IMG/VR virus record: IMGVR_UViG_3300029286_000009
Coordinates: 124,001-188,000 of that record
DNA: 64,000 nt
Strand: one strand, 5' to 3'
Made by a program: the position numbers and the translations under genes. The stretch's first letter is position 1. Every line of letters begins with the position of its first letter. This document shows positions 55,994 through 64,000 of this stretch, piece after piece. The notes beneath the pieces were generated by a model that saw only the letters and a program-made list of their open reading frames with translations, was not told where the DNA came from and did not search any database.

Positions 55994-56238
55994 CTCCCAA
56001 ACACGAGGAAGCCATAGCCTTGTTTCAAGACACCGTGGAAGACATGATTCGTGCTGCGGCGGCAGGACTCGGAGAGGCGACGGTAGACTGCGATGATGAC
56101 GCAATCGATATTTACTACCAAGCTATTCGGCATTTGGATGAGTTGAATCGTAGCATCGTGGTCATCCCGGATACGGTCGATAAACCCTTACTGCGGGTAG
56201 TTCCCGCGGATAAGAACACCAACGAAGGAGGTGCTTGA
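55990..56238 (+). CDS. hypothetical protein
   Basis: coupled ORF. Confidence 0.55.
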   Translation: MTPKHEEAIALFQDTVEDMIRAAAAGLGEATVDCDDDAIDIYYQAIRHLDELNRSIVVIPDTVDKPLLRVVPADKNTNEGGA

Positions 56239-56825
56239 TGAGAATGCCGCCTGAGGACCGCATGTACAATCGCATCATTCGCGTGATGCAACTTTCTCCC
56301 GGAAAAGAATTTACGGTAGACGATGTGGTAGAAGCTCTCGGAAGCAAAAACCACAAGCCTTCCGTCAATACAGCTTTGGGAAAACTTCGGCAAGACAGGA
56401 TTCTCAAATGGCTTCGGAAGGGAGTGTATACGTATCCGCTACCTGAGGGGCAGCAACCTACTTTACATGTGGTAGCGGAGCCGGAACCAATGGACACCCA
56501 CGCGCCCGAGGAATCCCCTTCCCGAATAGCTCTTCCGCCAACAGGCACCGTTTCTCGTCGGGTGCATGAGATTTCTCAGCAAGTGACCGAAATGGAAACC
56601 CGAGTTGTGGAAGCTGAGGAGTTGGTGCTCCAACTTCAAGCACAATTAGAGGAACGGGACCAGGAAATAGCCAAGTTGCGTCAGCAGATTGCCGGGATAT
56701 ACGAGGTAGCAAAGAATGACATCATGGACTATGTCCAGCGGTTCACGAAACAGGATGCGGAAAGAGGAGAGGAACAAGTGACTCGCCCTTTCGATCAAAG
56801 AAAACAAAACTCCCTGGCGAACTAA
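56235..56825 (+). CDS. Winged-helix plus coiled-coil protein
   Basis: FTVDDVVEAL..SVNTALGKL..WLRKGVYTY. Confidence 0.6.
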   Translation: MMRMPPEDRMYNRIIRVMQLSPGKEFTVDDVVEALGSKNHKPSVNTALGKLRQDRILKWLRKGVYTYPLPEGQQPTLHVVAEPEPMDTHAPEESPSRIALPPTGTVSRRVHEISQQVTEMETRVVEAEELVLQLQAQLEERDQEIAKLRQQIAGIYEVAKNDIMDYVQRFTKQDAERGEEQVTRPFDQRKQNSLAN

Positions 56826-56836
56826 TCACTTCCAGA

Positions 56837-57073
56837 GTGGTTAGTATCCTAGAGGAACTGGGGTTCACTGTTGCACCATCAAAGCGTGCGCCCCATATGA
56901 ATGCTAGTAGGGGTAATGGCAAGGGACAAAGTACAACTGGATTTTGTTTTCACACCCCCGCCGTTAGCCCTACAACGAGAACCAAGGTCATACTGGGTAA
57001 GATAGGCAGGGCCTTCGGGGAGGAAACCCGCAAGGCGGTCGTTAGGTCCTATCTTAAAAGTATGAAAAGGTAA
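56837..57073 (+). CDS. hypothetical protein
   Basis: 78 aa. Confidence 0.4.
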   Translation: MVSILEELGFTVAPSKRAPHMNASRGNGKGQSTTGFCFHTPAVSPTTRTKVILGKIGRAFGEETRKAVVRSYLKSMKR

Positions 57074-57229
57074 CGTCGGGAGGGACAGTCTAGCAACCAC
57101 TAGGCTGTCCCTATCGCGGCTATCAGATCGACTTGTCTATATACTTGCCGGAACCTTGTCCCATGAACAGCATCTTGCAACCAGAGGATTTCCGGCAATT
57201 TTATAGGCAGGGTCGCTGAGGAATGAGGT

Positions 57230-57973
57230 ATGATATTAAACACCTGCTTGAAATTGAATTATGATTGGGGACCACAAGAGATTAGGGAGTTATCGGGGGA
57301 ACTGGTGATTATGCCCGTTCGTGAGCTGCAGTACCATCTAGATATCCCTCTAGACACCGCAGGGGGTAGCTTAACTCCGCGAGAGATTCTTGCGAACCCA
57401 CATTCGCATCCTTTGGGTTACTCCAAGGTATTATGGGGTGGGTGTCAATCTTACGTGGTTGTAGTTAAACACCCGGTTTGTGAGCACTGGGTAATACTCG
57501 AAGGAATTTTCCATCTGATGGCAGAGGCCATACTAGGGCATTTTGCTGTGAAAGCAAAAATTCTCCAGTGGGATGACTTTCAAAGAGTAGCACATCCCAA
57601 GGGAGGGAAGACGGTGTTCAAAAAACAGTATCGTGTCGAACTGGGCGAACACTGGTGGCCACGATCGTTTGACCAATACCGGTACAACCTTCATGTTGCA
57701 AGAAGGGCTGGGGTTATACCGGATGAAAAGCACCCCCATATTGTAGACTTAGAAAAGGCGAAGCAACTCCGAAACTTAGATACGCTAGGTGGTCCTCCTG
57801 AAGATTTACAAAGTATAGAGGGAGAAGCAGTTGTGGAACTGGAACGTATCTGGGTAGCGTGGGTGGGGTGGGCACGCAATGAAGGATTCGACTGGATATA
57901 CGAGGATGGCCGGGGTCATACCCAAGGGGGTCAACATGTTCTCCATCCAGTTACACAAAACACTGATGGATAG
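57230..57973 (+). CDS. hypothetical protein
   Basis: 247 aa, SD GAGG. Confidence 0.6.
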   Translation: MILNTCLKLNYDWGPQEIRELSGELVIMPVRELQYHLDIPLDTAGGSLTPREILANPHSHPLGYSKVLWGGCQSYVVVVKHPVCEHWVILEGIFHLMAEAILGHFAVKAKILQWDDFQRVAHPKGGKTVFKKQYRVELGEHWWPRSFDQYRYNLHVARRAGVIPDEKHPHIVDLEKAKQLRNLDTLGGPPEDLQSIEGEAVVELERIWVAWVGWARNEGFDWIYEDGRGHTQGGQHVLHPVTQNTDG

Positions 57974-58349
57974 ATTCGAGGAGTCTGTCCATCAAACACA
58001 CGTGGTGATGTTATACGCAGGTAAGCCGTTTGCTCGCCTAGAATTACACTGGTGGGAACACTTTGACGATCTTCCTCTACCAACTAGGGCGGTCTTTTCG
58101 TTACCTCTGATTGACACGTGGGAAAAGATCAGTTCTTCCAGAAGACTCTCACACCTTGGCCACGGGTATTGGCTAGAAGTTTATGAGGAAGAGTGTGGGG
58201 TTCACAACATCTATCTTCTCCACAAAAACAGGGAAGGGAAGTGGATGAAAGCACCATTTTCAACGAGCACAGGAAAATTAGGTGCTCGATGCGAGCTTAA
58301 GTGGATACCTGCAATTCTGGCAATGTTTTCACAAGAGAAAGGAAAATAG
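57879..58349 (+). CDS. hypothetical protein
   Basis: start probably downstream. Confidence 0.5.
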   Translation: MKDSTGYTRMAGVIPKGVNMFSIQLHKTLMDRFEESVHQTHVVMLYAGKPFARLELHWWEHFDDLPLPTRAVFSLPLIDTWEKISSSRRLSHLGHGYWLEVYEEECGVHNIYLLHKNREGKWMKAPFSTSTGKLGARCELKWIPAILAMFSQEKGK

Positions 58350-58731
58350 GATGTGTGTAGACCGGCTATTCGAGGAACTGATAGAGGCAGTGGAAAGGGG
58401 AAATGAGAGGCAATGGTCCATTGCCTCTGATCTTTTGGTGGCACTTTTTCAGGAAGGTTTATACCCAACATTCTTTGATATGTGCATGTACCTCCTGTCC
58501 ATGTCAGAAAAACAAAGTAAGTCTGGTAAGGAGCTGGGGGTGTTGCTGAGCCCTAGGGCTCTTGTAATCTGGATTTATGGTCTTGGCTTTCTTAAATTTG
58601 TAGGTGACTCCTCGGCGGCAAACTACGCGTTCCAGAGTGCCCGCCCCAACGGAAAGGAGACTATGATGAACACGGTGGTTAAAGATGCAGTAGTCTTGGC
58701 GATGGACATCCACCGGGGGCAAGCCCAATGA
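58282..58731 (+). CDS. hypothetical protein
   Basis: likely start MCVDRLF. Confidence 0.5.
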   Translation: MLDASLSGYLQFWQCFHKRKENRMCVDRLFEELIEAVERGNERQWSIASDLLVALFQEGLYPTFFDMCMYLLSMSEKQSKSGKELGVLLSPRALVIWIYGLGFLKFVGDSSAANYAFQSARPNGKETMMNTVVKDAVVLAMDIHRGQAQ

Positions 58732-58873
58732 CTGCTTCAAAGAGGGCGGGATTCTTTTCCGGAGAGTAAGTCCGCAGTATATCTGCAACTTACTTGGCGT
58801 AGGGGCGGCTAAGGCAAACCCAAGCTCTACCATGGAAGCGGTTTAGCACCAGCATACTTGAGGGGGGTCTGAT

Positions 58874-59236
58874 ATGATGAGTATGAGGCAATGGCAAATA
58901 CAAACGCCTCTACGTGAGAGCATGAGTGACTCAGCGTTACCTCTTGTCCATCAATTCTATGTTGATCACAAGGAACACATGGATAAGTTACTGACAAGGA
59001 CCCGGGTACACATTTATAGGTCGCCTGTTGATTTTATCCTTGTTGAGTTCTTCCCCAAGATGCGTAGAGCCTGCATCTTATTCTACCTGGAAAAGGGGAA
59101 GCCCTTTTCAGAACTTTACACAGGGGAGTATCAAGAGCTGGTAGATTTGTGGATTCACCATTGGCTTCCAGCGTTACTCGAACAACCCTGGAAAAGTTGG
59201 GATTCCTTTATGCAACTTGTCCACCACAATGTGTAA
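58874..59236 (+). CDS. hypothetical protein
   Basis: 120 aa. Confidence 0.55.
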   Translation: MMSMRQWQIQTPLRESMSDSALPLVHQFYVDHKEHMDKLLTRTRVHIYRSPVDFILVEFFPKMRRACILFYLEKGKPFSELYTGEYQELVDLWIHHWLPALLEQPWKSWDSFMQLVHHNV

Positions 59237-59289
59237 CGCCTTATAGGTAGAAAAGACCCACATACGAATCTAAATGAAAGGAAAAGGTA

Positions 59290-60030
59290 ATGGCAATGGC
59301 GGATTATAAGATATATAAGAAGGCTAACACCGGCTACATGGACCAAGTCTATGCCGATCTGGAAGAACGGGTAGAGCTGCTCGTACAACAAGGAGTCATC
59401 GATCGAGATAAGAGGATATGGCTTTTGGAACGGCTCCATCACCTACTCGTATGTGACCCACCTTCCGTAACAAAGGACCGTGATCTTGCGGAAGGATTTG
59501 GTTACCTTCTTCGTTTGCTCTGCGGTGATAGAAGACGTGGTATCACTACACCTATTTTGCATGTCCTTATGGGGACACAGGGAAGTGGTAAAACCACTTA
59601 TGCAACCCGAGAAATGCCGGCGTTGATATTACTTTCTTCTGATTCTTGGTTCAGTGTCGACGATGCGGGGCGCAAGTACTGGAATAACCACAACCACCGG
59701 GCTTACTACTCAGCAGATCTGAACCCGCAGACACTGGACACAGCAGGGAAATGGGTGTGGCAAGTATTTGGGGAGCTCCTTCGACGGAGTGAGTCCTTTG
59801 TTCTAGAGGGGACCTTTCCATCTAAGATATCGCGCTCTGCCGCAATCAATATTGCCCATTCCTTCGGGTATCGGGTCAAAGTAGTGTGGTTCAATACTGA
59901 ATTGGCTGAATGCTTGCGGCGGAATAACAAAAGGGTTGATGCTATACCTGACGCTGTTTTAGCCAGCACCTTTGCAAGCATGGAGCCCCCGCGAGAGGAT
60001 GAAGGTTGGGATCACATAGAGGTTGTGTAG
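59290..60030 (+). CDS. P-loop kinase (AAA_33 / polynucleotide-kinase-like)
   Basis: GTQGSGKTT, LSSD, VLEGTF..R, CLRRNNKR..IP. Confidence 0.8.
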   Translation: MAMADYKIYKKANTGYMDQVYADLEERVELLVQQGVIDRDKRIWLLERLHHLLVCDPPSVTKDRDLAEGFGYLLRLLCGDRRRGITTPILHVLMGTQGSGKTTYATREMPALILLSSDSWFSVDDAGRKYWNNHNHRAYYSADLNPQTLDTAGKWVWQVFGELLRRSESFVLEGTFPSKISRSAAINIAHSFGYRVKVVWFNTELAECLRRNNKRVDAIPDAVLASTFASMEPPREDEGWDHIEVV

Positions 60031-60132
60031 GAAAGAGGCAAAGTATGTTCTACTCGGATTGTGGATAAGTAATTATCCTCAAACGTTTTTAAATAAGCTG
60101 TCAACTCTAGACACTTACCAGAAAGGCTGTCG

Positions 60133-60354
60133 ATGAACGCAGAAAATATTAGTGTCGAGATGTATAATTGGTGGGGACATCTAGAAACAAGAAGTGGGCT
60201 CACCATGGAAGAAGCAGAGGTTTTTATAGAGGGACACAAGGAGAAATCCAAACCACCTCTCACTTACCACATAAAGGAACTGGACTCTTTTGGTGTTTAC
60301 AAAACACGCTGTAGTGTTGCTACCAGTGGGGACGTGATACAGCATTGGTGGTAG
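60133..60354 (+). CDS. hypothetical protein
   Basis: 73 aa. Confidence 0.45.
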   Translation: MNAENISVEMYNWWGHLETRSGLTMEEAEVFIEGHKEKSKPPLTYHIKELDSFGVYKTRCSVATSGDVIQHWW

Positions 60355-60532
60355 GGGTTCCAGTGTGCAGCATGCACGCGTATTAAATATAACTTTAGAT
60401 AGAGGAAAGCAGACTCCTGATTCCTGACTGCGAAGCCCGTAAGGGTAAGTGGGAAGGGATTGAAATGGAAAAAGAAAGCATGTAGGTGCTTTCTATAATA
60501 AAATCCCTTTGAAAGGGCGGGTGGGAAAGAAA

Positions 60533-61042
60533 ATGGAATTGCTGGAAGTAGTAAGGGATATAGAGAAGCGTGTGGCAGGACACTTCGAATGTCCTGCCCC
60601 GTGGTCCAACGGGACCCAGTGGGTCCGTATCGTCCCTATCGGGACGAGTAAGACCCTGGTGTGGGAACTCTCCTATGGAGGGGGTTCCTACGAAGACGAG
60701 TGGTCAACCATTCGATTCTTCGTCTCCGTAGAAGCTGCTCAGGCGGCATTTGCGGAGCATCTCCGGGAAGAGCGCATCAGGGTGCTCTCCTCCACCCCGT
60801 TATCCGAGTTGAGGTGGAAGCGGGGAAAAGAGGAGGGTGCAATTGATGTGATGGACTCCATGGGTTATTGGACTCATGGAGTTCCTTGCAATAAAGACCT
60901 TCCACCTTCAGAGGAACCAGCCCCTGAGTGGAAGGAGGCGGGATGTTGGGAGGATAAATCCCAGCAGTTTGGGTGGAGGTGGAAGGGGTATAAAGTAAAC
61001 CCCGCCACGGGAGAGTGCATGTTCTTCTCCCACGATATGTAA
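60533..61042 (+). CDS. hypothetical protein
   Basis: Trp-rich, ~169 aa. Confidence 0.55.
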   Translation: MELLEVVRDIEKRVAGHFECPAPWSNGTQWVRIVPIGTSKTLVWELSYGGGSYEDEWSTIRFFVSVEAAQAAFAEHLREERIRVLSSTPLSELRWKRGKEEGAIDVMDSMGYWTHGVPCNKDLPPSEEPAPEWKEAGCWEDKSQQFGWRWKGYKVNPATGECMFFSHDM

Positions 61043-61156
61043 ATTATACTTTTACGCCCTAACCCGAGGCGTATAATAAATATCGGGTTTTGCATTTTTC
61101 GCGGGCGCGATAATTAAAAAAATGTTACCCGTGCCCTTAAACACTAAAGAAAGGAG

Positions 61157-61525
61157 ATGAGAGTAGATATGGATATAATAATTTCTTGTTATGGAACTTT
61201 ATACCATAGGGAGGAATACGCGGCCCCTTATGGATTTAGGAGGCCCGCCGGAGAGCGGGTAGACCTGTGGGGGCTCGAGGGGAAGTGGGTTAGGATAATA
61301 CCTGATCAGTCTATTTTTGTGTTCTCAGCTAAGGAAGAAGGTGAGGTTGTTATTATTGAGAGTGGTTTCACTAATACTGCTCTTAATGGAGCAACGTTAC
61401 CCATCCAGGTATTAACGATGGGTAATGATGCAGAACTTAAGGCAGCCATGAAAGAGTGTGGACTGCCTTCGTGTACCCGTAAGAATTTGTTAAAGGATTT
61501 TTTGAGGTGGTACTTTCTAGATTGA
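61157..61525 (+). CDS. hypothetical protein
   Basis: SD GGAG. Confidence 0.55.
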   Translation: MRVDMDIIISCYGTLYHREEYAAPYGFRRPAGERVDLWGLEGKWVRIIPDQSIFVFSAKEEGEVVIIESGFTNTALNGATLPIQVLTMGNDAELKAAMKECGLPSCTRKNLLKDFLRWYFLD

Positions 61526-61529
61526 CCCC

Positions 61530-63779
61530 CTCCCGATAGCTCCGGGTGTATGCGTCGAATAGGATACGTGTACACCTGGAGTTACAGGTAGCAAAAAGGC
61601 TTTTTTGTTACCCGTGTAGATGGGGTAAAATACGCACTAGGAGCGTTATAGTGCGAAGAACGACACTGGGGTGATAAAAGGTATAGGGATACGCGTAGGA
61701 AGGCTGAGAAGAGCTTAGAAGCGGTAATAGCATAGGCAGCAACAGAATATACACCTTTGAATAGGGGTACATGTTATCCTGCCCGCAGAGAGTAAAACAT
61801 AGACGTAAAGAGGAGAATCGTAACGGAGAAGAAGGAAAGCGTATACAATGGGGTGTAAGAGTATAATTACACAGGTGGGGACGCGTGTATATGAATATGC
61901 ATATATAGCTATATAATATACGTTCACAGAGTAAAGTGTAGAAGCAAAGAAGAGAATGGAGATGCAACGAATAAAGAAATGAGTAGAGTGATAGATAAAA
62001 CAGAGTATGACGATATGATTATAGAGAAGGGGACGAGAATATATAAATATTCATATATACATATAATACTATGCCCACTGTGTCTTTTATATAGAGAGCA
62101 CCCGCACCCTTGTTTCTGACCTTTCGTTTTCATTTTGCCGCGTCTTTTTCGTTTTCTAGTCTTTATAACCCCTTGTTTTCCCTATTTTTTCTATTTAAGG
62201 TCTTTTTGTCCCCGCTTTGACTCTATTTCCCATTTTTGTCTTCCCTGTTTTTACCCTTTCTAACCCTAATCTTCCACTTTAACTTTTCTTTGATTCCTTA
62301 ATAGTAAAAACTACTTAACTAGCGTTGTACCAAATCGTATTTTTCATGATTTTTTCTGAAAAAGGTATCTCACTAATATCACTCATCTTCCTTTTTAAGG
62401 GTGTCCCGATTTCCCATCCTGACAAAAAATACCTATTTTCACTTATGCGTAATTATTAAAGTAGTCATACGTGAGTATTTGTATATAAACATGCAAATAT
62501 ACAAACAATTACTACACACAGTGACACCCTGCCCGCAATTAGCACATTTAACTACGCAACTATATACTATGAAACTGTGGCTGTTGTCTGGATCAGCCTG
62601 AACTAAATACCAGTAGGTTGTATTTAATTTGGTTATGTTCTTTTTATTCTCTTGCGAAAGTTGAGGTGACTCCGATGCAAGAGCAACTACACTCAAGTGT
62701 TCGAGGGTGTATAAACAGAGAGACGCCAGGCGTTGTTTCCTGTACCCAATAAACAATATGTTACCTGTGCATATAAACACTAGGTGGTATTAGACTCTCA
62801 TATAACTCATAACATGGTCAGGGCAGACCTTTAATCCTCTTCGCCGAGGGTATCGTTAAGGGATATAAGATGAGTAAGAATACAAGGACAACGATTTTTT
62901 CAAAAACAAATGAATATGTCTTCATTAAAGCTTTTCCCGCGATCTGCCAGTAAAAGGAGCTTGTCTAACTCAGAAAGAGGCGATCGGGAGATTGCTTTAG
63001 CTTTGTACAGCGCCCGCCAAAATTTTCTTTTATACACGCCTGCGTATAATTATATTTATAGTATAATGGAGAGGGAACAAAGGATACCTGTTTACCGTAG
63101 TAGGCGGTACATAAGCTATACAGGTATCATCACCCTCTCCTATAGTAGCTGATAAAACCCGGCTCCCATCGGAGTTCCTCCTAGCTTCAAGGGCTCTGGG
63201 TTTTTCTTTCTTTGGGTGTGCTAATAGTTACACCCTGCGGTGCGGGATGCCTAAGGTGTGATGGCCCCGCAATCAAGACATATGCACCAGGAAAAGAAGT
63301 GGCTACCTTTCTCGGGGGGAGACCATTTCTTTTCTTGTACCTTTCTTTTCTTACCCACTAACCCAGTTAGTTTGAAGGGGTTATTACAATTATGCACGCG
63401 TGTTTATACTTATAGTAGAATAGAGGCATATCAAATTTTACTGGTGTGTCTCAATTTATACTTGGCAGTAGGAGGTTAAACTGCCAGAAGCTCGTCCCTC
63501 GTATTGTGCGGGGCTGAACGAGTGCAATTGTAAACATGATTTTCTTCTTTGGAAGGAGAAGGGAATGATTATCAGAGTTTACCCGGATGGCACGATCGAT
63601 CGTGTTATTGCGGTAGTGCGGCACTAGATGCCGCGGGGGAGTAGAAAGCACTCCCTGGCAACAGAAACAAAGGCTTTCATTATACCCGCGTGCAATTGTG
63701 TGGGTATAATATATGTAATAATTAATAGGAGAGAGACCCGCCATATAAAGGGGTTCAACGTCTTTTGTAGGAGGTTGTC
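61530..63779. other. Long, essentially non-coding region with purine/pyrimidine blocks and hairpins
   Basis: No convincing ORF; A/G-rich ~61925-62060 then T/C-rich ~62105-62300. Confidence 0.6.
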
Positions 63780-64000
63780 ATGAAGGCTTTCACAATCGCT
63801 GGTGCATTGTTGGATCTCGCAATAACAAAATCGTATGCGGCTGTTCAGAGTGAGGTGAGGAACGAACTCACCAACGCGAAAGATTTCGTTGAGAAGATTA
63901 AATACGAACATGCGGTCAGAAAAGAACTGGCTGTAATCAACAGGCAGTCCGAGGAATTGAGGCGGCGACAGGCAGAGTATGCAGTCGCCCGGAAGTATTT
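63780..64000 (+). CDS. hypothetical coiled-coil protein (runs off window)
   Basis: SD AGGAGG; MKAFTIAGALLDLAITK... Confidence 0.6.
   Translation, partial: MKAFTIAGALLDLAITKSYAAVQSEVRNELTNAKDFVEKIKYEHAVRKELAVINRQSEELRRRQAEYAVARKY

Noticed and set aside
38807-61575. Minus-strand ORFs in the plus arm (e.g. 42411, 48410, 55526, 56162)
   Set aside because: Shadow frames of plus-strand genes
61608-63744. ORF-track calls in the terminal non-coding region
   Set aside because: Low-complexity translations driven by base skew, no RBS or motifs
1-64000. CRISPR array or cas genes
   Set aside because: No regularly spaced 25-45 bp direct repeats and no Cas-like motifs seen by eye
1-64000. Stop-codon reassignment (common in some large phages)
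   Set aside because: Long enzymes are intact under the standard code, and genes end in TAA, TAG and TGA with tight coupling

Overview
Gene-dense accessory region of what looks like a large (jumbo-type) tailed phage genome. No capsid, terminase or replisome genes are recognisable. Two divergent arms of mostly short ORFs run outward from a switch point near 38.5 kb: minus strand at ~1-38.1 kb and plus strand at ~38.7-61.5 kb. These are followed by a ~2.2 kb largely non-coding tract. Recognisable genes: TAXI-type solute-binding protein, PspA-like membrane protein, HNH and Vsr-like endonucleases, HD hydrolase, an intein-interrupted nucleotidyltransferase, a HicB-domain protein, RNA polymerase omega (rpoZ), a metallophosphoesterase, a TerY-P-like vWA/PP2C/kinase triad with a cysteine hydrolase, a beta-barrel outer-membrane protein, two RNA ligases, a CCA-adding-type enzyme, YqeY and a PNK-like kinase. 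The OMP and TAXI protein suggest a diderm host; the RpoZ style hints at a deltaproteobacterial-type host (weak inference). Four signals stand out. (1) A circularly permuted tRNA-like domain (30206-30280, minus strand) sits inside a ~600 nt structured RNA, between a conserved coiled-coil gene and the TerY-P-like module. (2) Two homologous plus-strand cassettes lie against the direction of their arm, each a structured leader plus a cationic-hydrophobic peptide (1-409 and 19341-19655), resembling type I toxin loci. (3) Tad2/DUF2829-like domains are expanded across five genes. (4) A hairpin motif recurs upstream of genes at 50-54 kb. All family calls come from motif reading only; no searches were run.
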